DNA of 64,000 nt from Clostridium sp. (GCA_018362895.1 JAHALR010000002.1:400-64399), one strand, 5' to 3'; counted from the stretch's first letter, positions 18,172 to 29,069 are shown. Notes: generated by a model from the sequence alone, not told the origin. Made by a program: numbers and translations.

Positions 18172-21100
18172 ATGGAAAACAATCAGAATAATCAAAATAA
18201 TAAGGATTTATATTTCTTTATACGAAAACCCAGATTTGCTATTGTAATTTCTATTTTTATTACACTGGTCGGTGCAATATCAATGCTCGGGTTGAAGCTG
18301 GAAAAATATCCTAACATTACCCCGCCCCAGATTATGGTAAGTGCATCATATCCGGGTGCGAGTGCTGACGTTGTTGAATCATCGGTTGCATCTCTTCTCG
18401 AATCTCAAATCAACGGTGTAGAAGATATGCTCTATATGATTTCTACAAGCTCGGATGAGTCTTATCAGCTCCAGATTTATTTCAAAGTCGGCTCTGACAG
18501 AAACATTGACCTTGTAAACGTCCAAAACAGAATCCAGCAGATCCAGCCGAAATTGCCGGAAGACGTTAAAAGGCTGGGGGTTACTGCAAAACAACAGGTA
18601 TCAGGCGCCGGTGTTGCGATTTTGAACCTTGCGTCCACAGACGGAAGATATTCGCAGCTTGATGTAACAAACTATGCTTCAATTTTCATCAAAGATGAAA
18701 TTGCGAGACTGCCGGGTGTAGGTGAGGTTAACGTATACGGTGCAGGCAACTATTCTATGAGAATATGGCTTGATACTGAAAAAATGGCTAACCTGAATGT
18801 TTCTGTACTCGAGGTCCAAAATGCAATCAATACACAAAACGTTCAGGTGTCGGCAGGTGCTCTCGGTCAGGAGCCGGGTCCTGATAAACAGCGTTTTCAA
18901 ATTACCTTGAGAACAAAAGGAAGGCTGCTTGAACCTTCAGAGTTCGAAAATATAATTATCCGCTCAAACAGAGACGGCTCAAACATAAAAATAAAAGATG
19001 TCGCACGTGTTGAACTGGGATCTGAAACTTATTCAAGAAACGGTAAAGTTGACGGAAAACCGGCAGCGTTAATGCAGATTGTCCAAATTCCGGGTGCGAA
19101 TGCTATCGATATTGTAAACGAAGTAGAAGCCAAAATGGCTGAAATTAAAAAGACTATTCCTGACGGTATGGAACTTGCAATGGTTCATGATGATACTTTA
19201 TTCATCAGAGAATCTATGAAAGAGGTTGTCAAAACAATCATTGAAACTTCTATAATCGTTGTTGCAATAATCTTTATCTTTTTAGGCGATCCGAGGGCAA
19301 CACTTGTTCCTTTGATTGCAATTCCTGTTTCGTTAATCGGTACCTTTGCCGCACTGCCTGTGTTTGACATGTCAATCAACCTGTTGACCCTGTTTGCGAT
19401 GGTACTTGCGGTTGCAACCGTAGTCGACGATGCTATTGTTGTAATTGAAAACGTAAAACGACATCTGGAGGACGGGAAATCACCTGTTGAAGCTACCCAG
19501 ATAACAATGCAGGAAATCGGCGGTGCGCTTGTTTCAATGGCACTTGTTTTGATGGCGGTATTTGTTCCTGTGAGCTTTATGCCAGGTTTGTCAGGTTTGA
19601 TGTATAAACAGTTTGCTGTTTGTATTGCAATTTCAATTGCTCTGTCAGCAGTTTGTGCCCTGACTTTGTCTCCTGCTTTGTGTTCAATTATTTTGAGACA
19701 CGAAGACCCTGACAGAAAACCGTCAAACAAAATTTCAGCAGCAATAAAATGGCTGTTTATGGAGTTTAACGTTTATTTCCAAAAACTGACGGATGTTTAT
19801 ATCCATTATGTAAAAATACTTGTTTATAACAAAAAACTTACGTTGGTTATATACGGCGGAATCATAGCTCTTATGCTGATTTTGTTCAAAGTCATTCCGA
19901 CAGGGTTTATCCCGGATGAGGATCAGGCTGTTTTGATGTCTCAGATTAACCTTCCTGCCGGTGCTTCGCTTGCTAGAACAACAGAAGTAACAGAAAGAAT
20001 GGACAAAATTCTTCAAAATATTGACGGGGTAGAAGGCAGAATCGTATTCGTAGGTATGGGACCTTCCAACCAGGCGTTTATGGTAATCAGACTTGATGAA
20101 TGGGAAAAACGTGAGTTTAATATCTTTCAAAAAGCAATCAGAATGTTGCAGGGAAAAGAAACAGATTTGAGTCTTGATGCAATTCTCGGCAGAATAAGAA
20201 AAGAGTTCTCACAGATAAAAGATGCACAAATCGGTGTATTTTCACCTCCGGCTATTTCTGGTATGAGTATGCTCGGCGGTTTTGAATTCCAAATGTTGTC
20301 CAAGGGTGAATATACTCCTCAGGAATTGGAACAGTTTGCGAATAAGCTTATCCTTGCTGCTAACCAAAACAAAGATTTGTCTAACGTTTATACGCAATAT
20401 CAGGCGAATATGCTCCAGTATATTGTTGATATTGATTATGACAAGGCTCTGGCTCAGGGAATTGATTTGACAGAATTGTACAGCACACTGTCTTCAACTT
20501 TGGGTACATATTATGTCAATGACTTTAACAAACTGGGTCGTGTATTCCGTGTGCAGCTTCAGGCGGAACAAAAATTCAGAAGAAGTGCAAATGATTTGAC
20601 CGGTATATATGTTAAAAACAATGCCGGTGTAATGGTTCCTATCACGACGGTAGTTTCATTGCAGCAGTCAGTTGGTGCCGGATCAATTACTAGATATAAC
20701 CAGTACAGAAACGTTCAGTTTGCCGGTAACGCTGCTGAAGGAAAGAGCTCCGGTGAAGCTATGGCGGCAATGGAACAGGTGGCTAATGAAGTTTTACCGA
20801 AAGATATGGGCTTTGAGTGGTCAGGTACTTCAAAACAAGAAATTGAATCAGGCGGACAAACTACGACAATTATTGCTCTGGCGTTGACATTCGTATATCT
20901 GTTCCTTGTTGCACTGTATGAGAGCTGGTCAATTCCTTTTGCGGTACTTTTGATTTGTCCTCTTGCGGCAGCAGGTGCGTTGTTGTTCCAGCTGATGATG
21001 GGTCAGGCTTTCGACCTTTACTCTCAGGTAGGTATGATTATGCTTATCGGTCTTGCGGCAAAACAGGCAATTTTGATTGTAGAGTTCGCAAAGGTGCTCC

Positions 21101-21396
21101 ATGAAGATGAAGGCAAATCCATTGAAGATGCTGCTATCGAAGCGGCGCACATCAGGTTCAGGGCGATTATGATGACGGTTGTAGCTTTTGTAGTCGGTAT
21201 GCTTCCGTTAATTCTTGCCCACGGTGCAGGTGCATCTTCCAGAATTTCTGTTGGTTCAACAGTGTTCGGCGGTATGATGGCGGCAGGTACTATCGGTACT
21301 GTTATGACACCTGCGTTTTATGTAATTATTCAGCACTTTGTTGACTTTGTGATGAAAAAAAACGGGTCAAAGAATGTGGAAAACGAACAAAAATAA
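18172..21396 (+). CDS. RND-family multidrug efflux permease (AcrB-like)
   Basis: 1074 aa with 12-TM architecture. FFIRKP.FA.V....I...G and [11 protein letters not shown] motifs. Confidence 0.95.
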   Translation: MENNQNNQNNKDLYFFIRKPRFAIVISIFITLVGAISMLGLKLEKYPNITPPQIMVSASYPGASADVVESSVASLLESQINGVEDMLYMISTSSDESYQLQIYFKVGSDRNIDLVNVQNRIQQIQPKLPEDVKRLGVTAKQQVSGAGVAILNLASTDGRYSQLDVTNYASIFIKDEIARLPGVGEVNVYGAGNYSMRIWLDTEKMANLNVSVLEVQNAINTQNVQVSAGALGQEPGPDKQRFQITLRTKGRLLEPSEFENIIIRSNRDGSNIKIKDVARVELGSETYSRNGKVDGKPAALMQIVQIPGANAIDIVNEVEAKMAEIKKTIPDGMELAMVHDDTLFIRESMKEVVKTIIETSIIVVAIIFIFLGDPRATLVPLIAIPVSLIGTFAALPVFDMSINLLTLFAMVLAVATVVDDAIVVIENVKRHLEDGKSPVEATQITMQEIGGALVSMALVLMAVFVPVSFMPGLSGLMYKQFAVCIAISIALSAVCALTLSPALCSIILRHEDPDRKPSNKISAAIKWLFMEFNVYFQKLTDVYIHYVKILVYNKKLTLVIYGGIIALMLILFKVIPTGFIPDEDQAVLMSQINLPAGASLARTTEVTERMDKILQNIDGVEGRIVFVGMGPSNQAFMVIRLDEWEKREFNIFQKAIRMLQGKETDLSLDAILGRIRKEFSQIKDAQIGVFSPPAISGMSMLGGFEFQMLSKGEYTPQELEQFANKLILAANQNKDLSNVYTQYQANMLQYIVDIDYDKALAQGIDLTELYSTLSSTLGTYYVNDFNKLGRVFRVQLQAEQKFRRSANDLTGIYVKNNAGVMVPITTVVSLQQSVGAGSITRYNQYRNVQFAGNAAEGKSSGEAMAAMEQVANEVLPKDMGFEWSGTSKQEIESGGQTTTIIALALTFVYLFLVALYESWSIPFAVLLICPLAAAGALLFQLMMGQAFDLYSQVGMIMLIGLAAKQAILIVEFAKVLHEDEGKSIEDAAIEAAHIRFRAIMMTVVAFVVGMLPLILAHGAGASSRISVGSTVFGGMMAAGTIGTVMTPAFYVIIQHFVDFVMKKNGSKNVENEQK

Positions 21397-21437
21397 CACG
21401 ATAATATTTACTAATACTCAAAAATTTGAGGGAAGCA

Positions 21438-23183
21438 ATGAATAAGAATCCAAAAACATTAATAATATCTTTGATAGCAGCAGGACTGATGAGTTCATCC
21501 GGCGCAGATGCTTTTTCAATGAACTTGAACTTCTTAAAAAAGAAAGATTCTCAGGCTGTTGAAAAGCAAGAAAACGCTAAAAAATCAGAAAAAAATAAAA
21601 AAACTGAAAAAACTCAGAAGGCTGCACAGCCTGAAAAACTGCAAAAAACAGAAAAGCCCAAAAAGGCAAAGAAAATTAAAAAGGCTAAGAAAGAAAAATA
21701 TGACGATACTGTCGTAACAGCAAAAACAGATAAAAATAAACCTTCTGTCAAAATTATCGTAAAAGGCAAAAAAGCCGATAAGGAAACGAAACCTGAAAAG
21801 AAAGCAAAGCTGAAAAAAGATAAAAAAGAAAAAAATGCAAAAACAAATGCGCTTGAAGAAAAAGAAATTAAGCTTCAACAGCAGGCAGGTGACACAAAAG
21901 TTGAAACTGATGATGTCTTTGCACCCTCAAAAGCTGTTGAGGGCTCTGTTTCAGCTATGCATATCATTTCTGTTGATGATTGTGTCAAAATAGCACTTGA
22001 GAACAATCCGACTATCCTTTCACAGCTCATAAGCAAAGATATTTATAAAAACCAGATAGCTCAGGCGTGGTCAAATTACTTCCCGACTTTGAATGCACAG
22101 ATTAGCTATTCTCGTAACGATATGATGGTTACGAACTTTAAGTTTCCGATGCAGAAATACAATCTGTGGAATATGCCAAATGTAGGCTTTAACCAGCTTT
22201 TATATGACTTTGGCAAAACAGGAGCACAGGCAGGTGTTGCTAAAAAGACTTATGAAGCATCAAGAGAAACCTTGCAGGCCGGCATAAATGATGTTGTTTA
22301 TCAGGTAAAAAATGCATATTACAATCAGCTGTTTTTGCAGCAACAGGTTGAGGTTTACGAAGATTCCGTGCTTCAATATCAAATTCACCTTGAACAGGCA
22401 AAAGCCTACTATGCAATAGGAGGAAAGGCTAAAATCGATGTTTCTACCGCTCAATATAACCTTGATAACACAAAACTTACTCTTGTTCAGGCAAAAAATG
22501 CTGTTGAAAGCGGGTTTGCACAGCTGACTAATGCAATGGGCGTTCCTGAGTTTGCAAAATTTGATATTCAAGACAGGCTTGACAAAAGAAGATATGACAT
22601 CACTTTTGATGATTCTTTGAAAATCGCCTGTGAACAGAATCCTACACTTCTTGCAGCTAAAAAGAAAATGGAAGGTTCAAAACTTCTTGTAAAATCTTCA
22701 AAAGTTGCATTTTTGCCTAACCTTACGGGTTTTGGCTCTTATTCAAAAGGCGGCGGCACACCGTCCAAGGATTACGGTTATCAGCTGGGTGCACAGCTTT
22801 CTTATTCGAATCTTAATCTCCTTTTGTTGAAACAACAGGTAGATGAGGCGACTTTGACCTACAAAAAGGATCAGGCTGATTATGAAACACAGCGCCAGAA
22901 GGTTTACCTTGATGTGAAACAGGCATACATCCAGTTGAAAAATGCTCAGGAATCTATTCCTGTTGCTCGTTCGTCAATGGATGTAGCAAAAGAACGTTAT
23001 GAACTTGCTGCCGGAAGATATAAAGCCGGTCTTGGTGATGCAATTGAACTTAAGGATGCACAAAACGAATATATGAACGCGAAGCTTCAATATTACAATA
23101 CTCTTATGCAGTATCATATTTCTGCGGCTAATCTTGAAAGAGTTATAGGTGCTCCTTTGACGGCAAGCGAAGTTAGCCTTTAA
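21438..23183 (+). CDS. TolC-family outer membrane efflux protein with a lysine-rich N-terminal extension
   Basis: Start placed at ATG 21438 (GAGG 6 nt upstream). Signal peptide, about 110 aa of K/E-rich low complexity, then two TolC-type repeats (..A...NP.........Q......Y.P.L....). Confidence 0.85.
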   Translation: MNKNPKTLIISLIAAGLMSSSGADAFSMNLNFLKKKDSQAVEKQENAKKSEKNKKTEKTQKAAQPEKLQKTEKPKKAKKIKKAKKEKYDDTVVTAKTDKNKPSVKIIVKGKKADKETKPEKKAKLKKDKKEKNAKTNALEEKEIKLQQQAGDTKVETDDVFAPSKAVEGSVSAMHIISVDDCVKIALENNPTILSQLISKDIYKNQIAQAWSNYFPTLNAQISYSRNDMMVTNFKFPMQKYNLWNMPNVGFNQLLYDFGKTGAQAGVAKKTYEASRETLQAGINDVVYQVKNAYYNQLFLQQQVEVYEDSVLQYQIHLEQAKAYYAIGGKAKIDVSTAQYNLDNTKLTLVQAKNAVESGFAQLTNAMGVPEFAKFDIQDRLDKRRYDITFDDSLKIACEQNPTLLAAKKKMEGSKLLVKSSKVAFLPNLTGFGSYSKGGGTPSKDYGYQLGAQLSYSNLNLLLLKQQVDEATLTYKKDQADYETQRQKVYLDVKQAYIQLKNAQESIPVARSSMDVAKERYELAAGRYKAGLGDAIELKDAQNEYMNAKLQYYNTLMQYHISAANLERVIGAPLTASEVSL

Positions 23184-23196
23184 AAAATTCAAAGAA

Positions 23197-23763
23197 CTAT
23201 TTTAGTTCAATATTCATACTCTCATCAGTAATCGGATTTTTGAAGGTTACTCTCATGCTGGGAGAATGTCTGTGAAGTGCCATTGTTTTTAGCTCAAGTT
23301 GTTCACCTGTTTTTATGTTTGAGGGAAGTTCGACATGTTTGTCAAACCTCTTTGCTTCTTGATTTGCACCTATGTTGCCTGCGGCATTGCCGACAACAAT
23401 AAATGGTACGGCTATTATTGAGCCGATTAAAGATAACGTTAAAGTAGGGAGTGCCAGTGCTGCTCCTGCTGCAATAGTTTCGGCGGAAGCCCTTGCCCCG
23501 AGTCTTTTTACTGAAAGATATGCGACTTTGTCTGAGGCATTATCCCATATACTTATGTTTTCTATCAAAACAGGCTCTTTGTAAACATTCTTTATTGTGT
23601 ATTCATAACCTGTGTATTTTTTTGAGAGCCTGCTGTGAAGGTGTCTCGTTTTTCGTTCTATTTTTATATAGTCATTTTCTTCTGTTTTTGTAATTGAAAA
23701 AACCGGAAGTGAAAGATTAAAAAACATCAAAAATGTGATTATCAGTGATGTTGTCTTTTTCAT
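23197..23763 (-). CDS. Hypothetical secreted/membrane protein (188 aa)
   Basis: AGGAGA RBS, an N-terminal signal-like helix, and a central Ala/Gly-rich hydrophobic hairpin (AAGAALALPTLTLSLIGSIIAVPFIVVGNAAG). Lies 19 nt downstream of the large STAND-like gene. Confidence 0.6.
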   Translation of the reverse strand: MKKTTSLIITFLMFFNLSLPVFSITKTEENDYIKIERKTRHLHSRLSKKYTGYEYTIKNVYKEPVLIENISIWDNASDKVAYLSVKRLGARASAETIAAGAALALPTLTLSLIGSIIAVPFIVVGNAAGNIGANQEAKRFDKHVELPSNIKTGEQLELKTMALHRHSPSMRVTFKNPITDESMNIELK

Positions 23764-23782
23764 AAGTTATTCTCCTGTTAGA

Positions 23783-26700
23783 TTAATTAGCACTTGTGCT
23801 TTGCATAACCTGAGACATAACCTGCTGAAGATTTTTGAATTTGTTTTTGTAAATCTCTTGTATTTCGGCAGGCTGACCTGAGGATAATATTTGATTATAT
23901 ATGAATGCGAGCATGTCTGCAATCTTTGGAAGGTTCAGCACAAGCCTGTTTTTTACTGCAATGTCAAATGCTTGTTCAGTGCAGAAAAGTGCCTCTTCAA
24001 ATTTTGAGCGGTGCAGCATTAGTTCTGCGTAGAAGGTTTTGAAAAGCATTATAAAATAATCGGAAATGTTTTCATCATTTTCCATCGATAACATTGCGTT
24101 GTTCAAAATATTAGCTGCTATCTCAAGATTTCCCTGTTGGAACTCGATTTTTGCGTTTAAATACCAGCTTAGGTATGTTATGTTTTTTAGACCTTTGTCT
24201 GATGACGTGTCTGTTATGCTGAGATAAATCTGTGAAGCCTTTTTCAAGTTGCCGAGATTTTGATAGGCGTAACCTATCATCAATTCGCAGAACAGCTCCA
24301 TCTGGTGAAAATGAAGTGACGATGCCTGAATTTTTGCGTTATAGATATAGTTTCCGAGGTTGTTCCAATCCTGAAATTTGAGTGATATCATTGCTTGCAG
24401 CATAGGGAAAAGAATTTGGGAATATTTGTCATTCAGACCTTGCTGTGCAATTTGGGTCATGTTCTCAATGATGTCTTCTCCTGTCAAAAAATCTGCGAGA
24501 AGTATCAAAAGCTTGAAACAGGTGTAATTTTGAGGTGCTTTTTCGATGATTGTTTGAATGTATTCTTTTGCATCGGATTTAAGCTGGATTATTCTTGAAA
24601 GGCTTACAAAGAAAAGTGCATCCAAAATTGCATCATCAAATTGTTTTTTTGAAAATCCTTCAGGCAAAATGTTCTGTGTTCCTTCAGAAAGGTCAATATA
24701 TTTGAAAAGTTCATCGGCAAGTTCGATGCACTCGCTGAGCCTGCCGAGATTGTAATAAATCTCAAGTGTAACCATATTCACGAGGAAATAATTGAGGTTG
24801 AAACTTTTATCCTTCGGGTTAAATGAACTTCTTGGCGTGCGAGAGATGATTTTTCCTATATATTCAAGCGCATTGTGATAATTTCCGCTGATTAAACAGC
24901 TCTGAACGAGCTTGTTTGCGACTTCTTTAATCTTTTTGTCATCATTCTGGCTTTCTAAATTTTCAAGCAGCATTTGCAAAAAGTTCATTATCTTGTCCGG
25001 ATAATATTTGTAAAGCATAGAAGCCAGCTCTGAATAAACCTCCATTTTTACCTGCTCGACTGTTGTGTCGGTCTGCGGGTCTATTACATTTCCAACAAGG
25101 GAAAGGAATTTGTTAGTGCTGTTTAAATATGCGCAAAAGTCGCCCATCTGGCTTGAAACCATTGCAATTGCGTGCCATTGAGAGAAGGCTTCTTTTTTCA
25201 GTTCCGCAAGTTCAAGCAGTTCGGCTTTTGTGCAGTTTGGAATCTGTATTTTTATGTAAATCTTTTCAAGCAGGTTGATTATAATGTTGTAAAGTTCATC
25301 TTTTGAACATGAAGCAATAAAATTTGTCCTGTAAAGATTGAAGTTTTTTGCTTTAACCAGGTTGTTGTTTTCGAGTGTTATCAAATTTTCTTCTTCAAAA
25401 TATTTCAAAAGCTTTGTAAAATCTTTGATTTCGAGCTGCTGAAGCACGCTGAAGGAGACTTTTTCACCGATTAGAAGAAGTGAACCGAACAATTCATAGG
25501 CGCCTTTGATGTTTTTAAGGTGAAGCACCCTTTTTTGCACAAGTTCATTTATATTTTTCGGGATTACCAGCATCCTGTCTTGAAGTACCTTGTATTTTCC
25601 GTTTTTGAATTCGAGAATCCTGTCGTCTCTAAGGTATTCCATTGCCTGTGAAAAATAGAAACTTGAACCTTTTGTGTTCTCCAGTACTTTTTCAAAAAAG
25701 AAGGTTTTTTCTATGTCTTTGAGTTCTTTTGACTTTTCAATGACTATGTTTTTGTTTGAGGTAGGACGAAGCTGTATCTCAAAATAGTTGTTTGATGTCA
25801 TAAGTTTGTGTATTTTTCTGTGAAGAGCATAGCTTTCATCGCTTGAAAAAAGGAAACTTATGTTTGAAAGAGATTTGTTCTCAATGAGATATTTTATTAT
25901 TTCAATTGAACCTTCGTCAGCATTTTCAATGTCTTCAATTACAAAAAGTGTCTTGTACGGAATTGACCTGACAAAACCTGTAAAGGCTTCAAAATATGTA
26001 TATCTCAAATCTTCAGGGTGTGTGTGTCCATCCAGCTGCATCAAAAACAGGTCTTGAATACATTTTTCCTGACTGATTGCTTCGACAAGTTCAGGCTTCA
26101 TAAGGAAATCGGATTCAGTTATGTTTCTGTATGAAAGCAGCATCTGCTTAAACAGTCCGAACGGAGAATATTTATTCTTTTTCGGACAGGCAAAACGAAG
26201 GATGTTCATTCCGTCAAAGATATTTTGAATTGTTTTTGTTGAAAGCTGTGCAAGTTTTCCGCTTCTTTCATTTCCTGATATTGTAATTATTATGTTTTCG
26301 GGAGTTTGTTCATGGATTTTTGCCAGCTTTTCGGGGATTTCTTCGTTCTTTGATTTCAAAAATGTGCAGTGCAATCCGGAAAAGTTTATCAAAGCTTCAT
26401 CAGCTTCTTCTTCCGGTTCATAATCTACATTTTTGGGAAGCTTTATTACGTCTTGAGCTTCTTCATCTTTGTTTTTTTCAAGTTTAATCAATTGATGAAG
26501 CACAAGCTCAAAGAACATAATCATTTTGTTCTTTATAAGAATAGCACTCAAAGAGAGATAAGGATATTTTATCTTTGTTTCCTGATAAACATAAGAATCA
26601 ACTACAACTTCAACATTGTTAAAAAGGTGTGAACGACCGCTTGAGGAGTAGACAACATTTATATTCAATCCTGATTTATACTCGGCGGGTTTTGCATAAA

Positions 26701-27274
26701 CATCACGCTTTTGTACAGCCATCTGGGCTTTTATTGCTACCCCTTTTGCATCAAAAAGCTTTTCGTTAATTTCCGTTACCGATTGAGCAACATAAATCGA
26801 AAAATCGATTGCAGAACTGCAAGATTCTGAAAAAGAATCGTCTTTACAGAACCTTATGATAAAAGTGTCATCAATGAACTGGACACGGAGTTTTTTTCTT
26901 TTTGCCAGTTTTTTAATCATCTCATAGAGATTGTGTTTGAATTTTTTTGTGAGTTTGTCACTTTTGAAGGCTGTTTTTATATCCTCAAAGTTTGTAATCT
27001 CAATTGTTAAAACAGCAAACTCTTCAATTACCGATTCTCTGAGTCCAATGCTTGCGTTTATGTCCAATCCGCATTTCGGACATTTTTCAAGCGCGGTTGA
27101 GTTGAGTCTTCCGCATTTGTAGCATTTGTTTAACAAAACGGAACCGCATTTTTCACATGTGGAATTTTTTGTCACTTCACCGCATATATGACATTTAAGT
27201 TTTAAAACTTTTTTGCATTCGGGACAGACAAGGTCTTTTTCCGTTATTTGTGCTTTACATCTGGGGCAATTCAT
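23783..27274 (-). CDS. Multidomain signalling protein: triple zinc ribbon + degenerate class III cyclase-homology domain + AAA (STAND-like) NTPase + TPR/helical repeats
   Basis: Six CxxC pairs in aa 1-70. AVLTIEITNF...LRVQFIDDTFIIRF...IKAQMAVQKRDV aligns with the cyclase homology domain. Walker A-like GNERSGKL at about aa 333-340, Walker B-like LFVIEDIENAD, and a long helical-repeat C-terminus. Confidence 0.8.
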   Translation of the reverse strand: MNCPRCKAQITEKDLVCPECKKVLKLKCHICGEVTKNSTCEKCGSVLLNKCYKCGRLNSTALEKCPKCGLDINASIGLRESVIEEFAVLTIEITNFEDIKTAFKSDKLTKKFKHNLYEMIKKLAKRKKLRVQFIDDTFIIRFCKDDSFSESCSSAIDFSIYVAQSVTEINEKLFDAKGVAIKAQMAVQKRDVYAKPAEYKSGLNINVVYSSSGRSHLFNNVEVVVDSYVYQETKIKYPYLSLSAILIKNKMIMFFELVLHQLIKLEKNKDEEAQDVIKLPKNVDYEPEEEADEALINFSGLHCTFLKSKNEEIPEKLAKIHEQTPENIIITISGNERSGKLAQLSTKTIQNIFDGMNILRFACPKKNKYSPFGLFKQMLLSYRNITESDFLMKPELVEAISQEKCIQDLFLMQLDGHTHPEDLRYTYFEAFTGFVRSIPYKTLFVIEDIENADEGSIEIIKYLIENKSLSNISFLFSSDESYALHRKIHKLMTSNNYFEIQLRPTSNKNIVIEKSKELKDIEKTFFFEKVLENTKGSSFYFSQAMEYLRDDRILEFKNGKYKVLQDRMLVIPKNINELVQKRVLHLKNIKGAYELFGSLLLIGEKVSFSVLQQLEIKDFTKLLKYFEEENLITLENNNLVKAKNFNLYRTNFIASCSKDELYNIIINLLEKIYIKIQIPNCTKAELLELAELKKEAFSQWHAIAMVSSQMGDFCAYLNSTNKFLSLVGNVIDPQTDTTVEQVKMEVYSELASMLYKYYPDKIMNFLQMLLENLESQNDDKKIKEVANKLVQSCLISGNYHNALEYIGKIISRTPRSSFNPKDKSFNLNYFLVNMVTLEIYYNLGRLSECIELADELFKYIDLSEGTQNILPEGFSKKQFDDAILDALFFVSLSRIIQLKSDAKEYIQTIIEKAPQNYTCFKLLILLADFLTGEDIIENMTQIAQQGLNDKYSQILFPMLQAMISLKFQDWNNLGNYIYNAKIQASSLHFHQMELFCELMIGYAYQNLGNLKKASQIYLSITDTSSDKGLKNITYLSWYLNAKIEFQQGNLEIAANILNNAMLSMENDENISDYFIMLFKTFYAELMLHRSKFEEALFCTEQAFDIAVKNRLVLNLPKIADMLAFIYNQILSSGQPAEIQEIYKNKFKNLQQVMSQVMQSTSAN

Positions 27275-27358
27275 TAAACACTTCCGCTTGGAGATTCTTA
27301 TTCTTATTAATTATAATATCAGTAAATTAAAAAGAACTCATCTTTATTGTGTAAAATA

Positions 27359-27387
27359 TTTGCAAGAATAGATTTTTAAAATATAAT
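27359..27387 (+). promoter_or_regulatory. Candidate sigma-70 promoter for the ssb-like operon (TTGCAA-N17-TATAAT)
   Basis: Hexamers at 27359-27364 and 27382-27387, 45 nt upstream of the ATG. Confidence 0.35.
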
Positions 27388-27431
27388 GTCATGTAATCAG
27401 AAATCAAAATGAGAAATCAGAGGGCAATTCA

Positions 27432-27764
27432 ATGATAAATTCAGTAGTATTGGTAGGCAGGGCAGGACAGGATCCTGAGATGAAATATTTTGAATCGGGA
27501 AAGGTAAAGACAACGTTTTCTATTGCTGTAAGTCGCTGGGATTCAAAAACAAAAGCTGAAGTTACTGACTGGTTTAATGTTGAATTGTGGGATAAGCTTG
27601 CAGAAGTTGCGGGTGAATATGTAAAAAAAGGCAAACTGGTTGCAATTGACGGAAAACTGGCTTCAAGCAAATGGAATGATGCTTCCGGCTCTCAAAAAGA
27701 AAGATTCTTTGTCAGAGCAACAAACTTGAGATTACTTTCAGCAGGACGTGCGGATCAACAATAA
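27432..27764 (+). CDS. Single-stranded DNA-binding protein paralog lacking the acidic C-terminal tip
   Basis: SSB OB-fold (NSVVLVGR.G.DPE.......K...FS.AV......T.WF.V..W..LAE.....V.KG..V...G.L). Ends ...SAGRADQQ with no D-D-D-I-P-F tail. Confidence 0.85.
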   Translation: MINSVVLVGRAGQDPEMKYFESGKVKTTFSIAVSRWDSKTKAEVTDWFNVELWDKLAEVAGEYVKKGKLVAIDGKLASSKWNDASGSQKERFFVRATNLRLLSAGRADQQ

Positions 27765-29069
27765 ATGTTTATATCAAACAACATAGGTATCATCGCAGAT
27801 GATTTAACGGGGGCGGACGATACCGCATTACAGTTCCATTTGAGAGGAGCAAATACACAGATTCTTCTCGATTACAATATTTTGCCGGAAAACAAGTCCA
27901 ATACTCAGGTTTGGGCAATTCCGACAGAAACCAGAAACACTGATGCTCCGACAGCCTATGAAAAAGTTAAACAGGCTGCAAGAGTGCTGCTTGAGAACTT
28001 GAACGTTGAATATTTTTATAAAAAAATGGACTCAACTCTCAGAGGACATGTTGCTGTTGAAGCTCTGGCAATGCTTGATGTGCTTGACTGGGATGCTGCT
28101 GTTATAATTCCGGCGTTTCCACAGGAGGGCAGAACAACAGTCGGAGGCTATCACCTTTTGAAGGGGATTCCGATTGAAAGAACAGAACTCGCCAGAGACC
28201 CGAGATTTCCTATTTATGAATCTCATATTCCGACTATTTTGAGAAATGAATTGAACAATGAACAAGATGACCTTGTCGGTTTGATTGAGCTTCGCACGGT
28301 TATAAAAGGTGCAGGTCCTATTCTTAAAAGAATGAACGAAATGATAGAACAGGGCGTTAAGCTTATTGTTGTTGATGCTATGTCTGTTACGGACATTGAA
28401 CAGGTTGTTCTGGCAATGGAAAAAAGTGCGCACAAAATTCTGCCCTGCGGCTCTGCGGGTTGTGCACAGGTTCTGGGTAATATATGGCTGCCTGAATCTG
28501 AAAATCACACAATAGAAAAAACAATACCCGAAATGCCGAAACTCATTGTTTCAGGCAGTGCTACACAGATTACTGCTTCTCAGATTCAAAAACTTGATGA
28601 TGATGATGACATAGAAAACACCTATTTCATTGCGCTCAAAATGGAGGATATTCTTGAGGGTGTCACTGATGAAATTGTCACAAGAGTGTCTGAAAATCTT
28701 GTCAAAGACAATGTTGTTGTGGTGCACACCTCTGATTTGACCGTTGATTCGAAGATTATTTCACAGATTCTTTTTGACAATGAGATGTCCAAAAATCAGT
28801 TTATTTCAAAAATTGGGGACTATCTTGCTACTCTTACAAAAAGAGTACTTTTTAATAGAGATGCTATTTTGATTGCTGTTGGCGGTGAGACTTCGTTTAA
28901 GTGCTGCAAAGCTATTAACAGCAACAGCCTTCAAATTATTGATGCAATCTGTCCTGCGATTCCTTTGTGTTTGGATATGAAAGCACAGTGGATTGTCACC
29001 AAATCGGGTAATTTGGGCAATTCAAACACTTTGATTGATATTTTAAAATATTTTGAACACCATGAATAA
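27765..29069 (+). CDS. Four-carbon acid-sugar kinase family protein (DUF1537; threonate/erythronate/oxo-tetronate kinase type)
   Basis: N-terminal IIADDLTGADDTALQF motif. About 430 aa. Immediately upstream of a PdxA-family gene, as in known DUF1537-PdxA2 pairs. Confidence 0.85.
   Translation: MFISNNIGIIADDLTGADDTALQFHLRGANTQILLDYNILPENKSNTQVWAIPTETRNTDAPTAYEKVKQAARVLLENLNVEYFYKKMDSTLRGHVAVEALAMLDVLDWDAAVIIPAFPQEGRTTVGGYHLLKGIPIERTELARDPRFPIYESHIPTILRNELNNEQDDLVGLIELRTVIKGAGPILKRMNEMIEQGVKLIVVDAMSVTDIEQVVLAMEKSAHKILPCGSAGCAQVLGNIWLPESENHTIEKTIPEMPKLIVSGSATQITASQIQKLDDDDDIENTYFIALKMEDILEGVTDEIVTRVSENLVKDNVVVVHTSDLTVDSKIISQILFDNEMSKNQFISKIGDYLATLTKRVLFNRDAILIAVGGETSFKCCKAINSNSLQIIDAICPAIPLCLDMKAQWIVTKSGNLGNSNTLIDILKYFEHHE

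Noticed and set aside
19185-19730. Long antisense ORFs in the six-frame track. Examples are 19185..19730 inside the RND pump, 48709..49182 inside hydB, 61861..62367 inside the gltS fusion, 28032..28508 inside the DUF1537 kinase and 44632..45120 inside fliA.
   Set aside because: Each lies entirely opposite a CDS with strong family-specific motifs. They have low-complexity or Cys/Phe-rich translations with no recognisable domain and lack RBS context. They are typical shadow ORFs.
21774-21781. A perfect GCCGATAA sigma-28 -10 element.
   Set aside because: It lies inside the TolC-like CDS, no TAAA sits 15 nt upstream (TATC is there instead), and no gene starts downstream. It is most likely a chance occurrence in Lys/Asp codons.
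23783-27274. Calling the large protein an active adenylate/guanylate or pyrimidine cyclase (a bona fide Pycsar/CBASS-like synthase).
   Set aside because: The first metal-binding Asp position reads Glu, and the Asn/Arg transition-state motif is not evident by eye. Activity cannot be claimed from the sequence alone.
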